Shown here in pieces: positions 31,115 through 43,907 of a stretch of DNA of 64,000 nt. How positions within the stretch are numbered: position 1 is the stretch's first letter; the number at the start of each line of letters is the position of its first letter. This DNA comes from Candidatus Latescibacterota bacterium (lineage in GTDB: Bacteria; Latescibacterota; UBA2968; UBA8231), in the NCBI GenBank assembly GCA_965221775.1, contig CBDCSU010000004.1:416001-480000 (forward strand), in the 5' to 3' direction. The notes under the pieces were generated by a model that was given only the letters and a program-made list of their open reading frames with translations, was not told where the DNA came from and did not search any database. Made by a program: the position numbers and the translations under genes.

Positions 31115-31888
31115 TCACTCCCGGAGTTGGCAGAGGATGTCCTCTCGGAGTCGGCCATTCGTCGACACGCCGTCCCCGCCGTGGATCGTGGGTTGGCCAC
31201 GCCAGTCGGTGAAGGAGCCGCCCGCCTCCGCCAGAATCACCGGAAGGGGCCCGCAGTCCCAGGGACTGATGATGGGATCCAGCATCGCCTCGGCGCGTCC
31301 CGTGGCCACGAGGACATGTCCGTAGCAGTCCCCCCACCCCCTCTCGAGGCGGGCCCGGCTTGCGAGGGCTTCCCAAGGGCCCTGACGGCCGCCCTCGGCG
31401 AAGCTCCGGGCGGAGGTGTAGCAGATCGATGCATCGGACAGTCGGCCCACCGCCGAGACCCGGGCGCGGCGCCCGTTCCAGAAGCAGCCCTCGCCCCTGG
31501 AGGCGCACACCATCTCGTCCAGGGCGGGAAGGTATACGGCCCCCGCCAGGCAGGTGTCGCGGGGCCCCTCCAGCCCGATCAGAACCCCGAAGAGAGGCAC
31601 CCCTGAGACGAAGGATTTCGTGCCGTCGATGGGGTCCACGTACCACGTTCGACCCGACCTGGACTCGACGGGGTCGAACTCCTCGCCCACGATCCCGTCG
31701 TCGGGGTACGAGGCCTGGAGCCCCTGACGGATGATCGCCTCCGCCTCCCGGTCCGCCGCGGTCACCGGGGACTCGTCCTCCTTGAGCTCGGCCACGACGC
31801 CGGTCTGGTAGTGCCGCAAGGTCAACCGCCCCGCCCTCCAGGCGAGGTCGACGGCCACCTCCATCTCCGGGCGCCAGCTCCCGCTCAT
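31115..31888 (-). CDS. hisN: Inositol monophosphatase family enzyme, probable histidinol-phosphatase
   Basis: KEDESPVTAADRE, GEE, WYVDPIDGTKSF, RGWGDCYG, PWD. Confidence 0.85.
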   Translation of the reverse strand: MSGSWRPEMEVAVDLAWRAGRLTLRHYQTGVVAELKEDESPVTAADREAEAIIRQGLQASYPDDGIVGEEFDPVESRSGRTWYVDPIDGTKSFVSGVPLFGVLIGLEGPRDTCLAGAVYLPALDEMVCASRGEGCFWNGRRARVSAVGRLSDASICYTSARSFAEGGRQGPWEALASRARLERGWGDCYGHVLVATGRAEAMLDPIISPWDCGPLPVILAEAGGSFTDWRGQPTIHGGDGVSTNGRLREDILCQLRE

Positions 31889-31932
31889 GGCCGCGCCGGG
31901 AAGACCACCTTCGTCCAGATCTCCGGGGTCAT
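31885..31932 (-). CDS. Possible 15-aa mini-ORF (MTPEIWTKVVFPARP)
   Basis: ATGA overlaps at both ends; purine-rich SD-like tract upstream. Confidence 0.35.
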   Translation of the reverse strand: MTPEIWTKVVFPARP

Positions 31933-32078
31933 GGCCTCTCTTCCCTCCATCCTTCCTCGCCCGCGGTCTGAGCGGAGGCCAGGACCGCCCGGACGCGGTT
32001 GCGAAACAGCTTGATCCGGTCCTCTACCTCCTCGATGGAACGCAGCAGTTCCTCCTCGACACCTGTGTCGGCAGACAC
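31929..32078 (-). CDS. Small coiled-coil hypothetical protein (49 aa)
   Basis: SD GAGGAG then GTG; MSADTGVEEELLRSIEEVEDRIKLFRNRVRAVLASA... Confidence 0.6.
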   Translation of the reverse strand: MSADTGVEEELLRSIEEVEDRIKLFRNRVRAVLASAQTAGEEGWREERP

Positions 32079-32209
32079 GGTTCCGTCTCCTCGTTGTGGA
32101 CATCGGGGAACGGGTCGGCGACCGGCTCGGGGGAGAGCCGCAGCCGACGGCAGGGAGGGTCGAACGGTCAGCGCGGCAGTCCTTCCGGGCCGCGCCAGGG
32201 GATCGGGCC

Positions 32210-33070
32210 TCAAGCCCGGCTGTACGTGCGCAACTGATCGCAGCGGCTGGGGTGCCGCAGGCGATGCAGAGCCTTCTCCTTGATCTGGCGAACCCGCTCC
32301 CTCGTCAGATCGAAGCGTGCGCCGATCTGATCGAGGGTCATCGGTTCCTCGCCGTCGAGACCGAAGTAGAGCCGCAGGATCTCGGCTTCACGGCTGAGCA
32401 GACTTCCCAGGGCGCTGTCGATCTGGCCGCGCAGACACCCTTTCATCACCTCGATCTCCGGCGACTCCTGACGGTCGTCGGGAAGCACGTCGAGGAGACT
32501 CTGCTCCTCCTCCTCGCGGAAGGTCGCATCGAGAGACCGTACCCGGCGACCGCAGAGGATCGTCTCCTTCACCTCCTCCACCGGCACGTTCAACTCGGCG
32601 GCAATGTCCTCCGGCTCGGGAGCGTCGGACCGCTGCTGCATGAGCTGGCGCGAGGCCTTGGAGATCTTGTAGAGCAGGCCGATCTTGTTGAGGGGCATGC
32701 GAACAGTGCGCGCCTGCTCGGCGAGGGTTTGCAGAATCGCCTGGCGAATCCACCAGACGGCGTAGGAGATGAACTTGAAGCCCTTCTCCTCGTCGAAACG
32801 CTCGGCTGCGGTGATCAGACCCATGTTGCCCGCGCTGATCAGATCGGCGAGGGGTACTCCGCGGTTCTGATACTCCTTGGCCACGCTGACCACGAAGCGC
32901 AGGTTGGCTTCCACAAGAGCGTTGCGCGCACTCTCGTCACCGGCCTTGATCCTCCGGGCCAGCGCCACCTCTTCGCCCGCGGAAAGAGGCTTGGAGTTGG
33001 AGATCTCCCCGAGATAGCTGCCGAGGGAGTCCTCCATGTCCCAGAAGGGAGCCTTCGCTTGCTCGGCCAT
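32210..33070 (-). CDS. RpoD/SigA-family sigma factor lacking region 1.1
   Basis: SLGSYLGEI, LVEANLRFVVSVAK, KFISYAVWWIRQ, LTRERVRQI; 286 aa. Confidence 0.95.
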   Translation of the reverse strand: MAEQAKAPFWDMEDSLGSYLGEISNSKPLSAGEEVALARRIKAGDESARNALVEANLRFVVSVAKEYQNRGVPLADLISAGNMGLITAAERFDEEKGFKFISYAVWWIRQAILQTLAEQARTVRMPLNKIGLLYKISKASRQLMQQRSDAPEPEDIAAELNVPVEEVKETILCGRRVRSLDATFREEEEQSLLDVLPDDRQESPEIEVMKGCLRGQIDSALGSLLSREAEILRLYFGLDGEEPMTLDQIGARFDLTRERVRQIKEKALHRLRHPSRCDQLRTYSRA

Positions 33071-33151
33071 GGCCTCGCCTGTGGGCCGGAGCCGGCGACA
33101 CGACAGCCGGACCCGGCGTGGTACCTAATGATAGGTGGGCGGCCCGGGCAA

Positions 33152-33181
33152 AATTTAGACGGCTCTGCGAAAGGCTGTCAA
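33152..33181 (-). promoter_or_regulatory. Putative sigma70 promoter of the sigma factor gene
   Basis: TTGACA (33181-33176), 18 bp, TAAATT (33157-33152). Confidence 0.65.
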
Positions 33182-33210
33182 GCTTCCGCGGAACCCGGGC
33201 CGGCGGCCCG

Positions 33211-33963
33211 TCAGGGAGGTCGGGCGTCTGACTCGGGGCCCTTCAAGGCACCGCTCTGAGCCCGTATCAGCCGCTCGATCCCCGAAGCGCACAACTCGAT
33301 CAGGTGGGCGCACTCCCGGCGTTTCAGGGGTGAACCCTCGGCCGTCGCCTGGACTTCGACGATCTCGCCGTCGGCGGTCATCACCGCGTTGAGGTCGGTA
33401 TCGGCCGAGGCGTCCTCCACATAGCACAGATCCAGCATCGGGGAGCCTCGCACGATCCCGGCGCTCACGGCCGCCAGCTGGGTGGTCACAGGATCGGCGG
33501 GCAACTCGCCGTCGGCCCGCCATCGCCGGACCGCGAGGCGAAGGGCCACGAAGGCGCCCGTGATCGCCGCGGTGCGGGTTCCCCCGTCCGCCTGCAGCAC
33601 GTCGCAGTCGATGTATACGGTGCGCTCGCCGAGAACGGACAGATCGACGGCGGCCCTCAGGGAGCGTCCGATGAGCCGCTGGATCTCGCGTGAGCGGCTG
33701 TTCGGCCGCCCGGTGGAGGTCTCCCGGGTGATCCGCTGCGGCGAGGAGCCGGGCAGCATACCGTACTCGGCGGTCAGCCAGCCCTTGCCCCGTCCGATGA
33801 GAAAGGGGGGTACCCGGTTCTCGAGGGAGGCCGTGCACATCACCCGGGTCCGGCCCATCTCCATCAGCACCGCCCCGGGGGCTGTGTCGACGAAACCGGG
33901 GGTGATGCGCACCGGGCGCAGTTGATCCGGCTCCCGTCCGTCGGCCCGGCGGGAACCGGTCAC
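33211..33963 (-). CDS. rph: Ribonuclease PH
   Basis: RADGR.PDQLRPV, GWLTAEYGMLP, REIQRLIGRSLRA, DCDVLQADGGTRTAAITG. Confidence 0.97.
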   Translation of the reverse strand: MTGSRRADGREPDQLRPVRITPGFVDTAPGAVLMEMGRTRVMCTASLENRVPPFLIGRGKGWLTAEYGMLPGSSPQRITRETSTGRPNSRSREIQRLIGRSLRAAVDLSVLGERTVYIDCDVLQADGGTRTAAITGAFVALRLAVRRWRADGELPADPVTTQLAAVSAGIVRGSPMLDLCYVEDASADTDLNAVMTADGEIVEVQATAEGSPLKRRECAHLIELCASGIERLIRAQSGALKGPESDARPP

Positions 33964-34781
33964 GACTCCATGTACGAGCGGTAGTCCTGCCCCTTCATGT
34001 CGACGACGTAGCACATCTCCACCAGGCGCGACAGGATTCGCCCACCCTCGGGCTCGCCCATCTCCTGGCGCGACTGGTTGGTGGTCACGATGGTGAAACG
34101 TTCCTCGCCGTAGCGGGCGTCGACGAGATCGTAGAGCATCTCCTTCTCCCAATCGGTGCCGCGCTCGACGCCGAAATCATCGAGCACCAGATAGGGGATA
34201 TTGCACAGTTCCTCGATGATCTGCCAGGTGCGGCCGTAGTGCTCGCTCTCCTGGGAGTAGGTGGCGCGCACCTTCTGGAAGTAACGCGACAGGTTGACGA
34301 AGCGACCGGCGCGGGCCCTTCGGAGCAACACCTCGTTGAGCAGGATGCAGGCCAGAAGGCTCTTGCCCGTGCCGGGCGGCCCGTGCAAGAGGTAGCCGCG
34401 CCGGGGATCGCGGTCGTCGTTCACCAAGGCGGTAAGGTAGTCGAGGACGGGCCGTACCCGGCGCTCCACCAACAGAGCGGTACCGTCGGGAGCCACGGCC
34501 TGGAAGTCGCCCCGGAACTTGAAACGAAAGCGGGTCGGCACCTCGGCCTCGCGGAACAGGCTCTTCACGTGGGCCAGACGGCGGCGGGCGGTATGGCAGG
34601 GACACCACCTGCGCTGGGAGTTGTCGTCCCAGAACTGGTAGGGCGGGCGGCCCTGGCATCGGCACACGTCGGATATGCACGAGCACAGGACCAGATCTCC
34701 GAACCGGCCGACCTCCACCTCGCCGTCGTAGCGCACACCGTGACCGCCGCAAACGGAGCACGGCTCGGGCGGCTGCGTCAT
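33960..34781 (-). CDS. DnaC/DnaI/IstB-like AAA+ ATPase with a Cys-rich N-terminus
   Basis: GPPGTGKS, LVLDDFGVE, LVDARY, TIVTTN, RILSRLVEM, GQDYR. Confidence 0.9.
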   Translation of the reverse strand: MTQPPEPCSVCGGHGVRYDGEVEVGRFGDLVLCSCISDVCRCQGRPPYQFWDDNSQRRWCPCHTARRRLAHVKSLFREAEVPTRFRFKFRGDFQAVAPDGTALLVERRVRPVLDYLTALVNDDRDPRRGYLLHGPPGTGKSLLACILLNEVLLRRARAGRFVNLSRYFQKVRATYSQESEHYGRTWQIIEELCNIPYLVLDDFGVERGTDWEKEMLYDLVDARYGEERFTIVTTNQSRQEMGEPEGGRILSRLVEMCYVVDMKGQDYRSYMES

Positions 34782-35269
34782 CCTCCGTCCCTCGCGGCCA
34801 GAGCCCTGTCGACGGCGAGCTTCGCGTCGCGCCGGGCGATCTCCCGGCGCCGATCGTACTGACGCTTGCCGCGCACCACGCCGACCTCCACCTTGGCCCG
34901 ACCACCCTGGAAGAACAGCCGGAGAGGAACCATGGTGAGCCCCCTCTCCTCGGTGCGGACGCCCAATCGACGGATCTCGGCCCGGTGGAGAAGCAGCTTC
35001 CGGGACCTGCCGGGATCGTGGTTGGCGCGGTTGCCCCCGGCATAGGGCTCGATCCGGACCCCGTGCAGGAAGACCTCCCCGTTCTCGATTCGGGCGTACC
35101 CGTCGCTCAGGTTGGCGTCCCCTTTGCGCAGGGACTTGACCTCCGTGCCCACCAGAACCAGACCCGCCACCACGGTGTCAAGGATCTCGTAGTCGTGCCG
35201 CGCGCGCCGGTTCCTCGCCACGAGGTGAAGGCCCCCTGCCGGGGTGCTGTGATCCTCCCTGCTCGGCAT
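34778..35269 (-). CDS. smpB: SsrA-binding protein
   Basis: NRRARHDY, AGLVLVGTEVKSLR, RKLLLHRAEI, RGKRQYDRR. Confidence 0.97.
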   Translation of the reverse strand: MPSREDHSTPAGGLHLVARNRRARHDYEILDTVVAGLVLVGTEVKSLRKGDANLSDGYARIENGEVFLHGVRIEPYAGGNRANHDPGRSRKLLLHRAEIRRLGVRTEERGLTMVPLRLFFQGGRAKVEVGVVRGKRQYDRRREIARRDAKLAVDRALAARDGG

Positions 35270-35279
35270 CCCTGTCTCC

Positions 35280-35307
35280 TTGACGGGAAGGGCGTCGGAT
35301 CTAAGTT
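35280..35307 (+). promoter_or_regulatory. Putative promoter of tRNA-Leu
   Basis: TTGACG (35280-35285), 16 bp, TAAGTT (35302-35307). Confidence 0.55.
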
Positions 35308-35328
35308 ACGATGGTTCCCGTGCGGAGT

Positions 35329-35415
35329 GCCGATGTGGCGAAATTGGTAGACGCGCTGCGTTCAGGGCGCAGTGGGGATTTCCCCGTGGGGGTTCGAGTC
35401 CCTCCATCGGCACCA
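35329..35415 (+). tRNA. tRNA-Leu(CAG)
   Basis: Acceptor GCCGATG/CATCGGC, anticodon arm CTGCG-TTCAGGG-CGCAG, long variable arm, GTTCGAG T-loop, encoded CCA. Confidence 0.98.
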
Positions 35416-35425
35416 GGAATCGAAC

Positions 35426-35462
35426 AAAGCGGCGGTCCGGAGTGGACCGCCGCTTTTTGTTT
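35426..35462 (+). terminator. Rho-independent terminator after tRNA-Leu
   Basis: AAAGCGGCGGTCC-GGAGT-GGACCGCCGCTTT followed by TTGTTT. Confidence 0.9.
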
Positions 35463-35592
35463 CGGGCTCGACAATCTACCCGAAACCACGAAGCCATGCA
35501 AGTTGACGAGCAGTTTAGGTATGATGTTATTTGATTGCCACTCAACATCTTGAGACAATCAACCTCATCCCAATCAGGAAGGATGACCACCC

Positions 35593-35970
35593 ATGGCCGT
35601 GCTCCTGCACACCCGCGTCCGAGTCAGCGACCTGGACCGCTCTATCGACTGGTACTGCAAGCATCTGGGTTTCGAGGTCCTCAGCCGCACGGACAAGTCC
35701 CCCGCGGGCAATCACATCGCTCACCTCGAGCTGCCGGGCAACGACCACACACTCGAGTTTACCTGGTCGCCCGAGTATGTGCTGAAGGTCCCCGAGGACC
35801 TGCTTCATTTCGCTATCGGCGTGCCGAATCTGATCGATTTCTGCGACCGGCTGGAGAAGGACGGCATCGAGATCTGGCCGGCGGACTGGCGGGCCAGTTT
35901 TCCCGCGGGACGGAAGATGGCCTTCATAGACGATCCGGACGGATACGAGATCGAGTTGCTCGAGCGCTGA
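35593..35970 (+). CDS. VOC family protein, lactoylglutathione lyase-like
   Basis: LLHTRVRVSDLDRSIDWY, LEFT, HFAIGV, AFIDDPDGYEIELLE. Confidence 0.9.
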   Translation: MAVLLHTRVRVSDLDRSIDWYCKHLGFEVLSRTDKSPAGNHIAHLELPGNDHTLEFTWSPEYVLKVPEDLLHFAIGVPNLIDFCDRLEKDGIEIWPADWRASFPAGRKMAFIDDPDGYEIELLER

Positions 35971-35991
35971 AGGCCACTCCGGCGGAACGGA

Positions 35992-37449
35992 TCACCGCCG
36001 CCGGACGGCCCCGGGATACCTGGAGAGGATGAAGTCGCGAGCCGTCCGCCCTCCCACCAGGTCGTGGTTGTTCCGCAGGCACCAGACCCGGAATGCATCG
36101 AGAAGGCTCTCCTCCCCCTCCGGGATCCCGGCACGGCGCGCGTAGTCGAGCAGGATCGACTCGTACTGACTCTTGCCAGGGAGATCGAGAAACACCTTGA
36201 GGGCGAAGCGATCGTCGAGGGCCCGCCTCTCGTCGAGACGCTGGAAGGCCTGGGGATCGTAAGGCCCGGGTGCGGGCGGGGCCGTGGTCCTCCTGTCCGC
36301 CGGTGCATCCTCCACCTGCAGGGGGGGCGGGCCCTGAGGCCTGTCCCCTTCGCGGTCGATCAGGTCCTTGAAGTTCGAGGTGGCGTAGAAGACCAGGTTC
36401 ACGGGGACCTGCTCGAGGCCGCCGTCCAGGACGCTCGACAGGGCCCTGGCCGAAGAGCCGCGGCGGTCGAGGCCGATGTTGTCGAGGACGGCGATGAACC
36501 GCTCCCTCCGGTGCCGCACGAGAGCGAACAACCGGGTAAGGAGTTCGTAGCTGGCGGCCGGGACTTCGACGCCGCGGAGCCCCCGCTCCCAGTACCGGGT
36601 GATGAGTCCGCGGATCAGGGAGGACTTGCCGCATCCCCGCGGCCCCCAGATGAGGGCATTGTGGGCCCGGTACCCGTCCAGGAGGTTGCGCGTGTTCCCC
36701 TCCAGGAGCCGCATGCGCTCCTCGTTGCCCGCCAGCCACCTGAGGTCGAAGGCATCGAAGTCGCGGATGGGGGTGAGCCCGGGCCGGCCGGCCTCGACGA
36801 GCTCCAGGCGATAGGCGGGGCAGCCCTGTTCCCTCCCGAGGCCGAAGCGGTGGACCAGCTCGCCCAGGCCGCCGACCAACTCCTGCCAATCGGGAGACGC
36901 CTCCTCGAACCGTTCGCGCAACCGGCAGTGGTAGCTGGAGACCGACCAGGGAGGGGCCTCCATCGCCCAGGGGTCGGGGGTGACCGCCGCCTCGCGGGGG
37001 GCCCCGGGCTCGGGACCGGATGCGGCCTCGCCGACGCAGGCGTCGACTGCCTGCGCAACCGACCTGAGCCGCCGCAGGTCCTCGACCATCCTCTCGGAGA
37101 AGACGGCGGGCACGCCCTCCGGCCCCAGGACGGCGCACCGCCGCAGATAGGGGTGCGAATCGTCGGTGCAGATACGGTCGCCGAGGTACCGGACGAAGGA
37201 TCCGGTCCGGGACGCGGAGACCGCCGTGCACGCCTCGATGAGACGCCATCGGCTGGCGGTCAGCCGGGCGTCGTCCCGGCAGGTTCCGGCCCGGGCGGAG
37301 CGGTCCAGCAGATCGCCGGCGGCCCGGGCCACGGCCGGAGGCAGGATCGGCCAGTCGGCCAGAATGGCCTCCAGCAGGCCCCGGGCACTCGCAGGTGAGG
37401 CCGGGGCATCGTTGGCCGCGCCCGTGGGCCGGCGGACACACCCCGTCAA
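35992..37449 (-). CDS. DUF815-like AAA+ ATPase; start uncertain
   Basis: NT..LL.G..AHNALIWGPRGCGKSSLI, FYATSN, LDDRF, GRTARDF; candidate TTG overlaps the upstream stop. Confidence 0.85.
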   Translation of the reverse strand: MTGCVRRPTGAANDAPASPASARGLLEAILADWPILPPAVARAAGDLLDRSARAGTCRDDARLTASRWRLIEACTAVSASRTGSFVRYLGDRICTDDSHPYLRRCAVLGPEGVPAVFSERMVEDLRRLRSVAQAVDACVGEAASGPEPGAPREAAVTPDPWAMEAPPWSVSSYHCRLRERFEEASPDWQELVGGLGELVHRFGLGREQGCPAYRLELVEAGRPGLTPIRDFDAFDLRWLAGNEERMRLLEGNTRNLLDGYRAHNALIWGPRGCGKSSLIRGLITRYWERGLRGVEVPAASYELLTRLFALVRHRRERFIAVLDNIGLDRRGSSARALSSVLDGGLEQVPVNLVFYATSNFKDLIDREGDRPQGPPPLQVEDAPADRRTTAPPAPGPYDPQAFQRLDERRALDDRFALKVFLDLPGKSQYESILLDYARRAGIPEGEESLLDAFRVWCLRNNHDLVGGRTARDFILSRYPGAVRRR

Positions 37450-37718
37450 GGGCGCTTCCTGGTCCAAAGGGGGCCGTCCGGAGTGTCGGTGACCATCACC
37501 CCCGCGGCGATGTCGGTGAGGTTCATCACGTGCTCGACCTCGAACCACCGGTACGTCAGATAGCGCTTGAGCACATCGTAGAAGAGGAAGCACCGGAAGT
37601 TCCCGATGTGGGAGTAGTCCCACACCGTCGGGCCGCAGCTGTACATCCGCACTCTCCCGGGCTCGAGGGGCTCGAAGGAGCGCTTGCCCCGGCTGGGAGT
37701 GTCGTGGAAGCGGATCAT
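37446..37718 (-). pseudogene. cysS: Cysteine--tRNA ligase with a large in-frame internal deletion (90 aa)
   Basis: N-terminal MYSCGPTVWDYSHIGNFR...VMNLTDI joined directly to a C-terminal-like AAGVMVTDTPDGPLW; no KMSKS. Confidence 0.85.
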
Positions 37719-37821
37719 CGGGCCCGCCTGGACTCCCGCCGGGAGAGGCTGATGGTCTGTCTCTCGGAGAGCTCCATGGCCACCTGTCGGTCGCTGGGAA
37801 CCACCACTTCCGACGCTGGGA

Positions 37822-37851
37822 GAAGGGGCCGCAGATCCATGCGGCCCCTTC
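37822..37851 (-). terminator. 12-bp hairpin downstream of tRNA-Arg (terminator-like, weak U tract)
   Basis: GAAGGGGCCGCA-N6-TGCGGCCCCTTC. Confidence 0.55.
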
Positions 37852-37899
37852 GACCCGGACCTCGAGGGATCCCGGGGAACGGATTCCGACTCGAGCCGC

Positions 37900-37976
37900 T
37901 GGTACCCCCGACAGGATTCGAACCTGTGACCCACAGATTAGGAATCTGTTGCTCTATCCTGCTGAGCTACGGGGGC
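37900..37976 (-). tRNA. tRNA-Arg(CCT)
   Basis: GCCCCCGTAGCTCAG...ACAGA-TTCCTAA-TCTGT...GGTTCGAATCC...CGGGGGTACCA. Confidence 0.98.
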
Positions 37977-38047
37977 AAGAGGGACGATGGGAACTCCCGG
38001 GGTCGGAAAATGGATACGGTTCTTCCGTCTCGGGAGCCATCCCGAAT

Positions 38048-38076
38048 AGGGTACGGGCGGCGGCGGCGGCGGTCAA
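38048..38076 (-). promoter_or_regulatory. Putative promoter of tRNA-Arg
   Basis: TTGACC (38076-38071), 17 bp, TACCCT (38053-38048). Confidence 0.55.
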
Positions 38077-38119
38077 TGAACCGCGGGGCGATGGCCCGGG
38101 CAGCGGGCTCTGCGAGCTG

Positions 38120-38148
38120 TTGACAGGCCCCGGGGGCCGGCCTACCTT
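38120..38148 (+). promoter_or_regulatory. Putative sigma70 promoter of the ACIII-caa3 operon
   Basis: TTGACA (38120-38125), 17 bp, TACCTT (38143-38148). Confidence 0.7.
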
Positions 38149-38273
38149 ACAGCCCTCGTTCGACCCGCGTCGCGAGACCTGCCACTCCGTCGCGACTCCC
38201 CGCACTGAAACAGAGCACCGCAAACCGCCCTCCTTGGCCCGAGGCAGGCCAGGGTCCGGCTCCGAGTGTGTAG

Positions 38274-38926
38274 ATGGCGCAGGTTTTCCATCGCAGCATC
38301 AACTGGGTCGCCAAGCTGTCCATCCTCCTCCTGCTCGCCCTCGCCGGTCTGTTCCTCGCTATCCTGTTGAACATCAACCGGCTCGACTACGTCAGCCACG
38401 TGGGCCTGGCCAAGGACCAGCCGGTCCCCTTCTCGCACAAACACCACGTCACCGGCATGGGCATCGACTGCCGGTACTGCCACACGAGCGTCGAGGAGTC
38501 CGCCTTCGCCGGCATCCCGCCCGTGGAGACGTGCATGAGTTGCCACTCCCTGGTCTGGACCGAGGCCCCGCTGCTCGAGCCCGTCCGCGCGGCCTGGCGG
38601 GACGAGGTTCCGCTGCAGTGGACCCGGATCCACGACCTGCCCGACTTCGTGTACTTCCGGCACGACATCCACGTCGCCAAGGGGGTCGGCTGCACCAGCT
38701 GTCACGGACCGGTCGACCAGATGCCCCTCATGTACAAGGAGAACACCCTGAACATGGAGTGGTGCCTCGAGTGTCACCGCGAGCCCGAGAGGCAGATCCG
38801 GCCTCGCGACCAGGTGTTTGACGTGACCTGGTCCCCCCCCGCTGACCAGGAGCGCGCCGGAGCGCGGCTGGTGGAGGAGTACGACGTGCAGGTTTCGCAG
38901 CTGACCGACTGTTCGGTCTGTCACCT

Positions 38927-38930
<4 letters not shown>
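38274..38930 (+). CDS. actA: Alternative complex III pentaheme cytochrome c subunit
   Basis: N-terminal TM; QPVPFSHKHH; five CxxCH (CRYCH, CMSCH, CTSCH, CLECH, CSVCH). Confidence 0.95.
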
Positions 38931-41980
<3,050 letters not shown>

Positions 41981-41981
41981 G

Positions 41982-43355
<1,374 letters not shown>

Positions 43356-43359
43356 CCGG

Positions 43360-43905
43360 ATGAACGACCCCGCCCCCGCCGCGGCCCATGGCCTGATGGC
43401 CGAGTTCGAACGTCCCGAGGATCTCCTCGCGGCGGCGAAGAAGGCCTACGCCGAAGGCTACCGGCGCATGGACGCCTACTCCCCCCTGCCGATCCACGGC
43501 CTGGCGGCGGCGATCGGGTTCCCGCGCACGAACCTGCCCATCGGCACCTTCCTGTGCGGACTGCTCGGCGGAGTGTGCGGCTACGGCCTGCAATACTGGG
43601 TGCACGTCATCGACTACCCGATCAATATCGGCGGCCGGCCGATGCACTCCGGTCCGATGTTCATCCCCGTCACCTTCGAGCTGACCATCCTCTTTGCGGC
43701 CATCGGCACCGTGGTTGGGCTGATCCTGCTCAACCGGCTGCCCCAGCCCCACCATCCGGTCTTCAACGTGCCCGCCTTCGAGCGCGCCAGCCAGGACCGT
43801 TTCTTCCTGTGCATCGAGTCCGAAGACGATCGCTACGACGCGGGCTCGACCCGGACCTTCCTCGAGGGATTGGGAGCGGTGGAGGTCTCGGAGGTGCAAC
43901 CCTGA
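43360..43905 (+). CDS. actD: Alternative complex III subunit D (DUF3341)
   Basis: GLMAEF, DAYSPLPIHGL, NIGGRP, FIPVTFELTILF. Confidence 0.94.
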   Translation: MNDPAPAAAHGLMAEFERPEDLLAAAKKAYAEGYRRMDAYSPLPIHGLAAAIGFPRTNLPIGTFLCGLLGGVCGYGLQYWVHVIDYPINIGGRPMHSGPMFIPVTFELTILFAAIGTVVGLILLNRLPQPHHPVFNVPAFERASQDRFFLCIESEDDRYDAGSTRTFLEGLGAVEVSEVQP

Positions 43906-43907
43906 CA

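Noticed and set aside
33960-34781. IS21 element or prophage suggested by the IstB/DnaC-like ATPase near smpB and a tRNA
   Set aside because: No istA, integrase, terminal repeats or phage genes; the gene overlaps housekeeping neighbours on both sides
35536-35562. CIRCE-like element (TTGCCACTC...GAG)
   Set aside because: Spacer is 8 rather than 9 nt, the right arm does not match GAGTGCTAA, and the downstream gene is not a chaperone
37715-37840. 41-aa ORF (MDLRPLLPASEVVVPSDRQVAMELSERQ...) whose stop overlaps the cysS start
   Set aside because: Start codon sits in the tRNA-distal hairpin and no family is recognisable; could be a remnant but cannot be supported
35416-37899. Genomic island between two convergent tRNAs
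   Set aside because: Only 2.5 kb, no integrase and no duplicated tRNA 3' end seen
38056-38072. (GGC)n run in the tRNA-Arg promoter spacer, and G8/C8 tracts near 5144, 9602 and 44934, as phase-variation sites
   Set aside because: Short tracts expected at this GC content; reading frames are intact
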